A DNA stretch of 64,000 nt from Octopus vulgaris (GCA_951406725.2 OX597827.1:49228001-49292000), one strand, 5' to 3'. Shown: positions 25,095 to 39,987, counted from the first letter of the stretch. Notes: a model not told the origin generated them from the letters alone. Numbers and translations: made by a program.

Positions 25095-26151
25095 TGCTTT
25101 GCATGTGTGTAAGTGTGTGTACGTGTGAGAGAAACAAAGAGAGAATGCATGTATGTGTGTGAGTGTTGGTGTGTGCACTTGTTAAATTTCTTCCAAATGT
25201 TTTGCAATATTTAGGTAAAAAAGAATACTTAAAGATGAAATGCCTTTTGTATTTAAAGATATATAAATATATATAAAAATTGAAAAGGAAAGAAAGGATA
25301 AAAGAAACAAACAAACGAAATAAGAAACAGTGAAAGAAAGCGAATGAAAGAAAAGCCTAAAGGATTTTAATATGTATTTATTTTATTTTATATTTTATTT
25401 TTCATTCGTATTTTTCGCTTGCTTTTTTTTTTGTTATTGAATTTTTTTGTAGTAATCTGCATTATTGTTGTTTTGGAATGTTTTGAACATGTCAGAACAA
25501 CACAGTGATTGTCAGCTTGAAATTAATTCAACGTTCCAAGCCTGAACTTCAATCAGCCTCATTTGTGTTTATAGATGTTTAAGAAATAAATAGATGTTAA
25601 GCTAAACTCAACTAAATACTCTTATTTAGAAGAAGAAAAGCCTAGCGCGCACGCACACAAGTGTGTGTGTGTATGCATTTGTATGTGTGTGCCTGCGTGC
25701 GTGCTCGTACAGACATGCGTGTCCGTTATGTCGGCATCGAAGCGACTATCAACTCTGTACAAGAGAAAAAGCTAATATTCTAATTCTTCTCAGTCGTAGT
25801 TTAAAGAGGGGTGAAACCTTGCCGTTTTCCTCTCATGCAAGAATACACATAATTTAAGCTTTTAAACTTATGGTGGATTTCGCATTGCAAACAGTTTAAA
25901 ACTACGGATGACATATAAAGGAAAAAGTTCGACGCGTAAAACCAAGCAGAAATTTTAGTTAAATGTTGGATAATAATTGAAGTACGAATGCTGCAATACA
26001 ACAACGAAAGTTAAGTATATTTCTTATTTGACTCTGTGAAAGACAAGGAGATCTAGAAACCTACTCGAACACCTGAGTTGCGTGCGAAGCTAACAACCAA
26101 ATTTTACTATTAAACTGAGCTGAGTTTCGTCGCCTAGAATAGATTTCCATT

Positions 26152-26159
26152 TAGTAATG

Positions 26160-26190
<31 letters not shown>

Positions 26191-26352
26191 AATTATTGTA
26201 TACAGTGATCAGGTGCACCAGGTGCACCACAACTTGTCAAAATGTGCGTATAAAGTATATGCAGTAACGTACAAATGTCTGGAAAGCGAACAGTGTATGA
26301 GTCAGATATATGCTTGCGTATGTATGGAGGGGAGAAAATCAGGTGTAGTGTT
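26152..26352 (-). mobile_element. CR1 LINE 3'UTR copy
   Basis: Near-identical to 17815-17985 (GAAATTATTGTATACAGTG.TCAGGTGCACCA...GGAGGGGAGAAA.TCAGGTGTAGTGTT). Confidence 0.85.
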
Positions 26353-26501
26353 ATTGTCTTTCACGAATGACTTGCCTGCTCTGTGTTAGACAATGAAGCA
26401 GTATGGTACTAATACCATCTTTTTTTCTCTTATAATCCAGTATGAGCGTCTAACTGACGGAGCATTCTCTTTTCCGTTGTGCAAATATATATGTTCGTAC
26501 G

Positions 26502-26591
26502 TGGAGGAGGCATCAGATTTAAGTATTTCAGCAGTGACCATCCCATCTATTTTTCTACTTATAATATAACAATACTACATTATCCAATGTA
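26502..26591 (+). repeat. ~90 bp dispersed repeat, second copy at 31351-31441 (probably an old SINE tail family)
   Basis: CATCAGAYTTAAGTATTTCAGYAGTGACCATCCCATCTAYTTTTCTAYTTATAAT..ACAATACTACATTATCCAATGTA in both. Confidence 0.8.
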
Positions 26592-26789
26592 AGAAAGCAA
26601 GTATAAGGTCAGACAGACAGACAGATAGATAGATAGATACATAGACAGACAGACAGACGGATGGATGGATGGATAGACAGACAGACAGAAGACAGATAGA
26701 TAGTTATTGCTATTAGAGTTGTTGGAGGTCTATCGACGTCAGAGAGACTAACATTAAGTCTCCTTCCTTCACATTAGGCACTACTCTTT

Positions 26790-27153
26790 TATTCTTTTAC
26801 CTCAGTCATTTGACTGCAGCCATGCTGGAGCACCACTTTTAGTCGAGCAAATCGACCCCAGGACTTATTTTTGGATGCTTAATACTTATTCCATCATTTC
26901 TTTTGTCGAACCGCTAAGTTACGGGGACGTAAACACACCAGCATCGGTTGTCAAGCGATGTTGGGAGGACAAATACAGACACATAAACATATACACACTC
27001 ATACATATATACGACGGGCTTCTTTACGTTTCACAAGGTTTTGGTCGGCCCAAGGTTATATTAGAAGATACTTGCCCAAGGTGCCACACTGGGACTGAAC
27101 CTGGAACCATGTGGTTGGTAAGCAAGCTACTTACTACACAGCCACTCCTGTGC
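26790..27153 (-). mobile_element. Family A SINE, near full length
   Basis: CAGTCATTTGACTGCAGCCATGCTGGAGCACC...GGAACCATGTGGTTGGTAAGCAAGCTACTTACTACACAGCCACTCCTGTGCC. Confidence 0.9.
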
Positions 27154-27171
27154 CTACTGTCTAATATATAT

Positions 27172-27340
27172 AGGCACAGAAGCGTGGCTGTGTGTTAAGA
27201 AGCTTGCTTCCCAACTACATGGTTCTAGATTTCAGTTCTACTGCATGGTACCTTGAGCAAGTGTTTTCTACCATAGCCACAAGCCGACAACAGCCTTGTA
27301 AGTGGATTTCGTAAATGGAAACTGAAGGAATCCCGTCGTG

Positions 27341-27394
<54 letters not shown>

Positions 27395-27492
27395 TATCCA
27401 GGTTTTTGTGTCGTTGAATCTTGCTTGCCCCCTGCTTGATAACTGGAGTTAGTTTTTACGTTTTACGTCCCCATAGCTTAGCATTTTAGCAA
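27172..27492 (+). mobile_element. Family A SINE, head-to-head with the previous copy
   Basis: GGCACAGAAGCGTGGCTGTGTGTTAAGAAGCTTGCTTCCCAAC...GGAAACTGAAGGAATCCCGTCG, microsatellite and partial tail. Confidence 0.85.
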
Positions 27493-27507
27493 TGCATGTG
27501 TGTGTGT

Positions 27508-27549
<42 letters not shown>

Positions 27550-28204
27550 TCTTTTAACACATCATGTCTCTGAAAAGGTTTTCTCTCAAAGAAAAACCAC
27601 TGCAGCAGGCAGTTCTGCGGAGCGTATACGTTTAAGTATAATACATAAATGTTTGAAGCAAGAATACTTTTTATCTGTAAATCTACTAGATAAGGGCATA
27701 TTTAGAAGAGACCCACAAGCGGAACGACACACACACACTATATATGTGTGTGTGCGTGAGTGCGTGTGTGTGAGTATGCATATACACACCATTGATTGCA
27801 ACATCACATTCATTTCTCGTATATTGGCAAACAATTTTAGAAGGTATTTATAACAAAGATGATTGATGTGTTATTTAATATCCATAATCATCTGACTCAG
27901 CTCTATCTAAAAACCGTAAAAAGCAATTCGAAATCTAATAACCAGAGACGATCTTTGCCACAAACAAACAAATACACACACGCACGCACGCACGCACGCA
28001 TATTCTCACAAGGGATTACGTTAGCAGTGATATTAAATTCAACCCTACCATTCAGCACTTATCGTAGGGATTTATCAGGATTAACTTCAGATAGATAAGA
28101 TATATATATATATATAAACTGACTTTATATATCTATCTGTATGTATTGTTGCGTTCACAGTAATGCTATATACTCACGCACACATATATATTCACGTGTA
28201 TGTG

Positions 28205-28246
<42 letters not shown>

Positions 28247-31200
28247 CAATACGTGCATACGTATACATTAACTTCATGTATCTATATATAAAGTTGCGGA
28301 TTCTCAATAGAATTCACATAGAAGAAGATAATTCATGTTATTTCAAAATGATGTTATATCATCCGTTGTTAAACAAATTATTACAATTATCGTTATTGAT
28401 ATTATTATTATTATTATTATTAATATTATTATTATTATTGGTATGCTAAGAAATGATTCTTCAGATTCCAAGACATTAATATATTATTGTCTGTGAGGAT
28501 TCTTTTTCCCAACAATAACCTTTTAGTACTAACATCTATGCAGTCCCCTTTTACATTGCATAAACGTCAATTTCATTACGAAATTTCTTTTAAGATTCAG
28601 AGTAGAATGGCTTGCATTATTTAGTCACGTTACTTTATATTCTGAGTTCAAATATAACCGAGGTCGACTTTGTCTGTCATCGTTCAGGGATCGATGAAAT
28701 AATATATCAGTTAAATACACTGATCGATTAAACCTAATATCTCTTCCCAGAATTATGTGATCTTTTATCTGCCTTAACATATATTATTATGATTCAATCA
28801 AGTAAATATTTATCTTAGGATAGTTCAACATACATCAACAGTTGCAGTTCTGGGACACACCAGTAGTGTATCCTGAGATGATTGGGTGTGTCATGTGTTA
28901 CAGCATACATCATCAACCAGTTGACACCAACTAGGTTGATCAAACTCAGGACTATATACAAACAGCATTTACTGACACCGTAGACACCCTCTTTTCAGTT
29001 AGACCAATCTAGACATTTTTCGACAGCCTCTTGGTGGTTTTTTCCTTACCCAGCGTTCTATAGATTTTATATCGGATGAAACTGAGCAACCGGGTTTATG
29101 AACAAAGGCGTTCAAGCCATGATCATTCTGTTATTGCTATAGACATGACTGCCCTGTTCAATGAGTCTTTCTTTTCTTTTTTAAGATCCTGTTTCAAAAA
29201 TATTTACCGTGGTTCACATGTTGCAATTAGTAAAAGAATAAATAAAATCCGAAGACATTCCAGAAAACATAGAAAGTAGAGTGACCGACATTAATAGCAT
29301 TGAATAAAATATATGTCAATGTCGACCATACTTTGCTCTCATTTGTGCGTTGTGTACGCTAAAAACAGCGAAATTCGAGTGTAAACCAATTCAATGGCTG
29401 AAAATAGAATTAATCAAGACTAGGGATATAGTAGGGTTTCATATATGTTAAAATGAGTTGAGGAACATCGTTTAATAGACGCCGACAAATAGTTGTAAAT
29501 CAGGCTTTAAAACGAAGTCAAGTATACTTGAAGTGTTTGCGATGTAGTCGTTATGCATATAAGGGTTGGGTAGTGAAGTTAAAACCAATTCAGCTGTTAT
29601 CACGATGAGGCTGGCTGATGGTGGAGGTAGTCGTGGAAGGAGCCTTTGGTGGCGGCGGCTCTGTTTGTAATAGTGATGCTGATGTAGTAATTGTGATGGT
29701 GGTAGTGATAGTTCTTTAAGTTGGTGCAATTAGTTTGTGTATTTAATGGTGTTGATCGAATGGATGTGATATTGTCATAGATTTTTTTTTAGTAGTAGTA
29801 GTAACAGTAGTAGGTATAATGGACGTGTGTAGTCTTGGTGCAAATGGGGAGGTGTGTTTAGCAATGTGGGAGCGAAAACATCAAAGTAAATTCAAAGATT
29901 TTTGTGGGGATGGTGGTGGTGATGTTGGTTGAATTAGTCGTTTTGATAATGGCTGCGGTGCGGTGCAGTAGTAGTGGTGGTGATTGCGGAAGCTGCATTG
30001 AAAACCTTGCCTGGGGCAGGTGAGATGGTTGTGTCCGTTGTGATATATCTCGTTACATTTCTGAATATCTACGTTATCCTAAGATGGAATTCTGGACTTA
30101 GAAATTTAACTTCCAAAGAGAGAGAGAGAGAGAGAGAGAGAGTAATGGCCTTAGATAGAAAAGAAACCTACATTATGTACCCATTACTGTCTGGGTATGT
30201 GGTTTATTGTTATTATATTTCATAAATAAAGTTACTAAACAATGCTACATCCTGAAACAAGGAAATGTCTTCAAGTATATAATGATACACAAGATAGAAC
30301 CGATCGAAACGTAATGTGAATTTGAATATTGTTATTTTATATCAATGAAGTATTATTTATATGAGCATCAATGTCACGGACTGTCTTTGAATCTCTTGTG
30401 TAAGATATGAAGTCATTAGGAATATAATCAAAATTAAATCAATATTATTCTGAAGTAATTAGCATCACAATCATTGATCAGGAAACTGTCTAACCTGTTT
30501 AACTCATTTAAAGTATAGTATTAATTGCTTTGGAATGGATATAGACGATTTCTATTTGTTAGACCCTTGTCCTAAGGGCGGTGTTTGGTGAGTTCCAGAA
30601 AAATGCTGAAATAACCATCCAACAAAGTGGTGGGTCCGTCTTTGTTTTGATTTTCAATTGAAAGCGTTGGACTTCTCTTGAAATATCTATCTATCTATAG
30701 ATAGATAAAAATCACGCCCATAATATGAGTGCAATTTGAGGAAGCGAGCCAACAATGAAGTGTAGAATGGAGCTTAAAACGCCGAGATAAAAACTAGCGA
30801 ATCTGTTTCTGGTGATCCCTTTTTCAATGAGAAAAAAAAAACAATAAAAATAATTTAAAGGCAAGAGCAAGTGAATATATGTACGATACTCAAAACAAAA
30901 ACGAATGTTAACATAGCAGCTTTCAGGTAGAGATATATATTTCCCATATATCTCACATATGTAGGTACTATTGCTCAACGCACCGAAGTAAACTTCGCTT
31001 TTTTCAAACTTTCATTGTCCATAAACGAAATATAAAACTTCTTCCAGCAACTCTCACATAATGGATGCTTTGGTGTGTGAAGATTGGTAAAGTCAAGAAG
31101 GTACTCGCCAATCCCTAAAATTATAAGAGTCTTAAGTTACTTATAAGTTACTTATTTAGATAACATCATATTAGGTACTAATTTGTCCCTAAAACTTTGG

Positions 31201-31299
31201 AATACGTCCTTTCAAGTTCCTTCTCGATTGCAAATGTTGTCAGTTTTATATACGTTATCAACAAAGCAGTGCTGTTGTTGTTCTTGAATATTTATTGCA

Positions 31300-31364
31300 T
31301 GGAGTAAATATCTGGAGTAGACATCTGGAGTAAATATCTGGAGTAGACATCTGGAGTAGACATC
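31300..31364. repeat. 13 bp tandem repeat (TGGAGTARAYATC) x5
   Basis: Direct reading; the last unit runs into the 90 bp repeat. Confidence 0.9.
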
Positions 31365-33544
31365 AGACTTAAGTATTTCAGTAGTGACCATCCCATCTAC
31401 TTTTCTATTTATAATGCAACAATACTACATTATCCAATGTAGTATTGATACTTCTATTCAGGCAAAAACATTGTTTTTGAGGTAAGCCTGACTGCCATTT
31501 CGAATGACCATGTACAAGAAGTTCTTCCACTGGTTTGCATTATCCATAGGTACATGGCATCAAAATTTGTACGAAGGAATAATATGACAGCTGCTGACTT
31601 TATGTTAAATAACACTACTAATCAACCATCCCTATATTAAAGATGTGATCATCCCGTCGTTTTTCTTTTGGGAGAGACAAAGTAATATGCCAAAGATTAT
31701 AATATTTAGTGTATCCTACTTTTGCTGAGTCAGTGGGGTATATATTTGAATGATGTCTGGTCGTTAGCGAGTCCACTAACCCGGTTCTGGCCCCTGCGTT
31801 GGATCATTACCATAGAAAATAATATGCAACTGTACATCTAGGTGGCGTGTATTTTTAGGCCTGTGTTTAACTTGTAATATAGCTCTGTACCTAGTGATGA
31901 ACTTGAACTAGGGGAACTTAATTTTAAGTCAATCATGAAACCGAACTGACCCCACCAGTAAAAGTCGCTGATAAAATCCGCTTCGGTATTTTTCAAATTT
32001 ATGTTCGAGCACTGCTGTGTTCAGTTGAGAATGTACAGGGTCCCTACTCAGTAAAAAAGTAGCAACCAAATCTCCCTGAAAACTCATCTTACTGCCACAT
32101 CTTTTCGTTAACATATTTCTGTTGAAATACCCTGCTTTTGTTTCACTTAATTTTGAAAAGCATGAGGAATTTAGTAAAATAACTTCGGGATATTTTTAAG
32201 CTGGGGGTTGGAGCTTAATATGAAGGAATAATTTAATTTAAATCCTTTGAAAGAAAGAAAATTTTTCTTTTTCATAAAACCAGGAGTGGACTGGAGCTGG
32301 TTAACATCAAAAGGGTTTTGAAAACAGAAGGGTGGCTTTGGATTTTGCAATTCTGCGTACATTATACTATGTCAGGTAAAATAATAGGATCGTCATTCTT
32401 AAAAAGCCTTTAGTCATGGAGGTGCTCGGGGTCAGGTTTGACATGGGGGTTAAACAGCAAAAATAACTGTGGATTTTTCTCTTCCAGATTCCTTAAAATT
32501 CTGATATGGTTTCTATAGCAAAAATCATTATTTATTTTATAACTTTTAATTATTTCATCGTAACAAACTGGGTCATTAGATCTGCTTATGCCGCACATTC
32601 CTACTAACAGCCATATTATTTCCCTTCAAGGTATTCCTCTTAATTAAAAAAAGGAAAAAATATCCTGATTTATAGAAATTTGAATTTTAAATATCACGAA
32701 ATCATTAGGAATACAAGATATCGCTGCTCTTTCTTTCTCTCTCCTTCTCTCTCTGTCTCTCTACCGTTTTACTTAACTACTCTCTAAACTACTCCAGTAA
32801 AACGTGGAAGCCTTTAATAGTGATCGATGATTAGTCAACGAAGATTATGTTTATCAAAAATAATATCCGCTAAATATTGACTAGAAGATTATTATGAAGT
32901 AGTTAAGGTTATGGTTATTATTGCAAACGATGTATTATAATGGAAGTAATCAGTGACATTAGTATAATAATTATATGATGCGAACGTATTTTCGGTAAAA
33001 GATAATGAAGAAAAAAGCCGAGTGGAAACGAGGCTAAAGAAAAATGTAGTTGGTTTTCGACGACAGAAATAATTATGGAAGGAGGATGAAATCCGTTGCT
33101 TTGAGAAGGAAATGAGGCAATCTGGAGAGGGTACAGAAGATTTATTGATGTGAGTTTTTTAATGTTTGTGTGAGTGTAAATGTGAGGTGCGTGAGTGTGG
33201 AATGAAAATATGGATGGATGCATGTTGACATGAGCACAAATAAAAAAAAAAGCAAATATACCGCGCGCCACTAATGTGCCACTCTGTAGGACTGAACTTG
33301 GGACCATTAGGTTAGAAAGCAAGCGTCTTACAACACAGCCACATATATACATGTGTGTGTGTGTAGTGTGTAACACATAGGGGAAATATATACTGATCTA
33401 TAGCAATCTATATTTTGAGAATTTTAATAGGCAGAGAGTTATATATAAAAAAAAATTGGACGGACGAAATCTCTGGTAGTATAACAGGAACGAAATTCTC
33501 GTCACTTGAGTCCGTTATGTAACGTTTTGTTGAATAATGCATAT

Positions 33545-34503
33545 ATATATATGTAAAACAGTGGTTTCAGAAATTCGAGCAGGAAACTACAGCCTAGAAG
33601 AGAAGCCTCGTCCTGGAAGATCTGTAAATCTCGATGAGAACGTCCTGGTGGAACAAAATCCCATCGTAACTGTTGAGAGACTAACAGAGAAGCTTGGATT
33701 TGGTCATTCAAGCATTCATCGACACCTACGTGCCATCGGAAAAGTCAGCAAATTGGGTCAATGGGTTCGTCACAAACTTTCTGAGTCTAATCACGCGCAG
33801 CGAGTGAATGTGTGCTGTTCTTTGCTGTCACGTCTCACGAATGAACCTTTTTTGGACCGAATAGTGACTGGTGACGAGAAATGAGTTCTCTACAAAAATG
33901 CCGAGTGCCGAAAACGGTGGGATGGGAAAGGAGAAACATCGGCATCCCAGGCTAAATAAGGTCTTCACCCACGTAAGGTATTGTTATCTGTTTGGTGGGA
34001 TATGAAAGGTTTAGTGCTCTTTGAACTTTTAAACCCAAACCAAACGATATCAAAGATCTACTGCGAACATATTGAGCAGATTAAGTCAGCGCTTGAAGGA
34101 AAACAACTAGCTTTGGCTTCAAGACGAAAGGTGTTCTTCCATCAGGATAATGCTCAGCCACATAACATTCCAAAGGCTGGAGTAGTTTGAAGAGGAAACG
34201 ACGCCCCACCCCTATATTCGCCGGACATTGCCCCATCTGGTTATCATTTATTCCGCAGTTTTCAAAACCATTTAGAGGGGAAAAATATGAATTCTTTAGA
34301 CGAGGTCAGAACAATACTGGTGGAGTATTTTTCGTCACGAACTAGTGAATTCTAGAAGAGGGCCCTTACAAGTCCACTAGATAGAGACGGACATTGTAGA
34401 AAATGAAGGAGAGTATATTTTTGATCAAAAAAGAACGTTATCTTAATTTTGAAAAATAAAAGAAGTATAAAGAAAAACTAGATTATTTATGAGATGACCC
34501 AAT
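33545..34503 (+). mobile_element. Mariner (DD34D-type) transposase pseudogene, 5' end lost
   Basis: LEEKPRPGR...GKVSKLGQWVRHKL (WVPHEL motif)...FLDRIVTGDEK*, LSVWWDMKG, FHQDNAQPH, PHPLYSPDIAPSGYHLF; right TIR-like end TTATTTATGAGATGACCCAA. Confidence 0.92.
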
Positions 34504-35758
34504 GCATAGCTGACGACATGGATATTCTACGAAGAGTCTCTTTCGGCATGTCAATACACGCGTATCTAAATCATCCATTTGGTCTATTCATTCACATAGC
34601 CTCTCATTTATCGTTTCCATATTACCTAATAAAACTTCAGCCAATGAAACATGGTTCTCAAGAGATATTTCTTCTAACAAATTTTCCTGAGTTAGCAGAT
34701 TAATTAGCAAGCCGCAGACATACAAGTGGAACAAAAGAATGAAAGTTAAGGAAGAGAGGGCGGGAGAGATTTACTCAAGATATACTTAGATATTTCGATT
34801 CAATCAAGGAATAGAATTAGCTTCAAGAAAGGAGTGAAAATGTACATATATATGTGTAGGATTGTGTGCGTGTGCGTATGTGTGTATATGCATGAACATG
34901 TATGTGTGTGTATATATGTGCGTGAATATGCATATGTATACGTGTGTAGGTATATATATAAATAAATATGTGTGTACATGAATATATGTCTATGTATACG
35001 TGTATATGTATATATATATAAATGTATATGTGTATACATGTCTATGTATATTTGTATGCGCGTGTGTGTGCGTGTATGTATGTAAGTGTGTGTGTGTGTG
35101 AATAGGAAGTGAGAAGGCCTTGTGTCCTATATCATTTTTCCCAAATAATTTTTTTCAGTGTCTGTTTAGCTGTGAACAGACAGAGACACCCACACTCGGC
35201 CCTCCCACCCTTCGACCCAACGCTACATGGTGGATGTGATAGCTCGGAGAGAGAGAGAGAGAGAAAGAGAGAGCTCCATTAACACTCAGCGATTCTACTC
35301 ATACACATAGATATTTATATATACATATGCATACATTCTGTATATATATATATATGGAGAGAGAGAGAGAGAGAGAGATGAACATGCTTATGCATCTATG
35401 CTTATGTTTCATGTGCATGTTTATATACATACATGTGTGTGTGTGTTTGTGCGTGCGTTTATGCATATATACATGCGTATACAATACATTTGAATATGCA
35501 TAATTTGTGAATATGTATATTTACATAAATGCATATATCTACATATATGTATATTATATACGAGAGTTTAATCATACATATACGGGTGTGAGAGTAAGAA
35601 AGTAAGGCAATCAAAATTTGCATTATATTGACTCACCCTCGTATGTCATATCAAATGCATGTGTGTGCGCGCATACATGTACGCACATGTAGATATAGAG
35701 ATAATTTTATGCATACTTACATATATCTATGCAAATATACAAAGCCGCATGCACTCCC

Positions 35759-35792
<34 letters not shown>

Positions 35793-36872
35793 GTGTGTAT
35801 GCATATACACACACACATAAATGCATATACTTCTGTATGTTGGTAGGTTTGTTTGTATGAAAAGCCACATGGATATGGGAGTACATGAGCGTTGGTGTGT
35901 GTGAGCAAGGGTCTGTGTATATGTATATATATATATATCTTAGTATGTATGTGAATGCATTCTATTTAAATTTTGTATTAAAATATGCATAATTAGTGTT
36001 ATAAGTGCGTGATGACGTGTGCTATCTTTTGATGGTATATATAGATAGGCTTGTGTGTGCGCATATAATATGTCTTATGCTTTATGAATACGGTGTGTAG
36101 ACAGGCATAGAGGTCAGTTTGGCATGCGTCTGAATGTAAACTATCTGATTAGTCAGAATGGAAGTGTGCCCATCTTAAATTAATCTACAATCTTGTGGAA
36201 GTAAATAGAACGTTTGCATTTGTAATCTAGCCGAGCGAAATGGGGTGAAGTTATAAAGACCATTGACAGCTAAGTCGAAGACTCTCCATTTAATTTGAAA
36301 AGATTTCGGCATCAAAAGCAATGGCAGAATAAAGTAATCCTCCCGGAAGCAGATTCATTCGACCGGAAGTAAGTATTTTAATTTCAGAAGCATTGCTGAA
36401 ATGTAGTTAGATGTGAAGGGTTATTGAAATGGAAGTAATGGAGTTAGTGAAGAGCATATTGGAATCGGGGAATTAGTGGGAGAAAGTATGTTTGTGACTA
36501 AATCGTGCTTCGAACTCCTACAAACGATACAATTCTACTGTTTTACCTTCTCAATAGTTTTCATGATCAACCTTACAACATTCAGTTTTGTACAATTGTT
36601 TTGTACACCCCCGGTCTTTTTTTCCCTCACGGTATGTGTGTGTCTTCGCTTATTCAAGAATGTATTACAATTAATGAATTGTTTATGTAGGATAAAGCTT
36701 TTTGATAAACATACAAGTTTTCCTTCACTATATACCTAAAGTGATTGCATTATTTTGCCCGCACGAATGTATGTATGTCTGTGTATGTGTCTGAAGATTC
36801 GAGCCCAGGGTGAAGTCAATAAAAACTTTGCTCTTCTTTCCTTATAATCTTACACAGTATGTTGCTCTTGAG

Positions 36873-37071
<199 letters not shown>

Positions 37072-37915
37072 GCATCTAAGTGTATATGTATACATAGATG
37101 TGCATATATATATACATGAGTATTTATATCTCTGTGTGTTTGGTGAGGGAGGGGACGAGAGAAGGAGGGAGGGGGAGGTGCAGATGCATGTTGCCATACT
37201 TGCATGTCTGCATATTAATCATATCATAAACCTACCACATTCCTAAAGTTAGAATTTTATGCAGACTGGATAAGTGATGACTGAAACTATTTAAAGATTG
37301 ACAAGATAAATATGTAAACCTGGAAAAGTCGTTTAAAGGAATGACCGACATTTATCAACCTGCTCAGACATCTGTCTACACCATAATTACTAGCAGCCGA
37401 CTTGGGTGTTTGCTTTTGAACTAAACGAAGATCTAGAAAGCAAATCAGAAAGAGAGAGGGCGAGCGAGAGGTGGAAGGGTGAAGTTAAAGAGATTGAGAG
37501 AATGAGGGCAAAGCAGCTCTCAGAACAGAAATCCATAATTATGAATAGAAATAGCGACTAATATCGATCTGGTCGGAGAAAATCCATGACTACTTGAGCC
37601 AAAGAGTGATTTCCACTATAATTATATTGATTTCTGGCATAGATATAAGGCCAAAAATGTTGGGAGAGAACCAACCGATTATATATTCCCAAGTACATGA
37701 CTGATATTTTATTTTATTGGCAACAGAAAATTAATGGTAAAGTTGAACCAGATGATATTTGAACTCAGAATGTATAGATTCGTAAATGTTATCGACGCGA
37801 CAACGGTTTTTAAAAAAAAAAACGCCGCCCGTCACGTCCTCTACTGTTGTAAGTTCTTTGCTAGAAAACAAATAAACGATGATATTTCATTCAGTAGTAC
37901 AAGTTTACATCTTGG

Positions 37916-38149
37916 GAAGGCGGCGAGCTGGCAGAAACGTTAGCGCGCCGGGTGAAATGCGTAGCCGTATTTCGTCTGCCGTTACGTTCTGAGTTCAAAT
38001 TCGGCCGAGGTCGACTTTGCCTGTCATCCTTTCGGGGTCGATAAATTTAGTACCAGTTACGCACTGGAGTCGATATAATCGACTTAATCCGTTTGTCTGT
38101 CCTTGTTTGTCATTTCTGCGTTTAGCCCCTTGTGGGTAGTAAAGAAATA
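37916..38149 (+). mobile_element. Young full-length family B SINE with a 20 bp TSD
   Basis: GGCGGCGAGCTGGCAGAAACGTTAGCGCGCCGG...GTAAAGAAATA, flanked by perfect AGTACAAGTTTACATCTTGG at 37896-37915 and 38150-38169. Confidence 0.93.
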
Positions 38150-39715
38150 AGTACAAGTTTACATCTTGGTGAGAAATAGACTCACGAAAGTACATCAGCC
38201 TCCATCTGTCACACTGTAAACTCTCTTGTTTTCTCTCTCCTTGTCTTTTTCTATCTTTCCCTTTCTCTTTATCTCTCACTTTTCTTTCTTTCCCACGCTT
38301 CTCGTTGTGTGTGTGTGTGTGTGTGAGTGTGTGTGTGATGTGTGAGTATCTGGCTCTGAAAACGTTATCTCGACCTGGTACTCGACTCTACGCACTCTCT
38401 AACATATAGCAGAAACAGATGTAACCTAATAAATAGGATTATGTAAAAATCTCTTTTCTCGTGCTTTCATTTAATCAATATAAAGCTCTGTACTGACTGC
38501 TAGCTTACTGAAAAGTATACGTGTATGGGATTCTAATAACTCGTGAGTGTAGCTTGGGCAAAACAGAAACGTGACATCTATGTGTGTGTGTTTCTGCTTT
38601 CACCGTATTTCGTTTCGGATATTACCGCATCAAAAAATATATAACTTCAGTTCAAATTTCTAGCAGACAATGACCTTCGATATATTTATCCGATCGGTTA
38701 TCAATGATGAATATCTTGTCTTTTTTTTGTATTGGTTTTTTTTCCATCGTATAGAAGATTAATTATTTTCAAAGCCGTCCGGTCATTTAGTCTCTTAGAA
38801 AGCTAATTTAATAATGCTGTTTAGGAAAATACTTACATTAATCTTATACCAGTAGTGCTTTTTGATATATGTGAGCTTTTTTTCTGATTTATAAAGCCTT
38901 TTAACATTCATTTGTCTCAGTCATTAGTCTACGCCTATGCTGGGGCACCGTCTTGAAGAATTTTTAGTCGAATGGATGGAAACCTAGTCATTGTAATTTC
39001 TTAAAGCTTCGTGATTGTTCTATCGGTTGCTTTTGCTGAACCGCTATGTTCAGGGGACGTAAACATACCAACACCGGTTGTCAAGCGGTAGTGGTGAACA
39101 CAAACTGACACACACTCACGCAAACACACACACACACACATACATATATATATATACATATATACCACAACTGTTTGCATAGCCTTTCACTCGCGAGACA
39201 CCGGTGCACAATGGGTTAAAACGATCGTAATGAATAATAGTCACAGGAATTCCATTTTATTTCTCTCATACATATATATATTCTAGCATTAAGCTGAAAG
39301 ATTACTCAGCACATTTTAGTAGAATGCATCTATATTAGTTTTAAAAAGGACAAAGTTGACAAGGACTTCAAAGTTTTATTTTCTTTACCATGTAAACGGA
39401 GAAATTCTTTCAAAGAAATTCTTTATATATCTCAGGCACAAAATCTCATCATCAAAAGTGAACGGATTATAGAAATTCAGATCGTGAAGATCAATATGGC
39501 CTGATCGGCAGAGACACTTCTTTAGTCCATTCGCTTCCGATGGTGAGCCAATGTGCCTGAAATATATAAAGTTCATTTAACTCTCATTGTTCGCATGGTA
39601 AAAAGCTCTCTTTATTCTATGTTCTTTTACTTCTACATTTCAGTGCCTCTAACAAAGTACAACATGCTACATCCTTCCATCCATCCATACATACATGCAC
39701 ACACACACACATATA

Positions 39716-39879
39716 TCATCATCATCATCATCATCATCATCACTTAGCGTCCGCTTTCCATGCTAGCATGGGTTGGACGGTTCAACTGGGGTCTGTGAAG
39801 CTGGAAGGCTTCGTCAGGCCCAGTCAGATCTGGCAGTGTTTCTACGGATGGATGCCCTTCCTAACGCCAACCACTCCGT
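39716..39879 (-). mobile_element. SINE 3' part with V-domain-like core and (GAT)n tail
   Basis: Minus strand GGTTGGCGTTAGGAAGGGCATCCATCCGTAGAAAC...CCGTCCAACCCATGCTAGCATGGAAAGCGGACGCTAAGT(GAT)n. V-domain assignment is from memory. Confidence 0.65.
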
Positions 39880-39987
39880 ATGTGTGTGTGTGTGAGTGTG
39901 TGTGTGTGTGTGCCGGGAGTAATTACTCAGGGTAGGCAGTTGGGGACGTTTATGTAGAAAAACACAAAATATATATATTTGAGCATG

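Noticed and set aside
34630-34780. CCAAT, TAATTA and GC-box cluster as a promoter
   Set aside because: Short motifs expected by chance, with no associated exon.
36231-36368. 138 bp AG...GTAAGT exon candidate
   Set aside because: Stops in all three frames and a weak acceptor.
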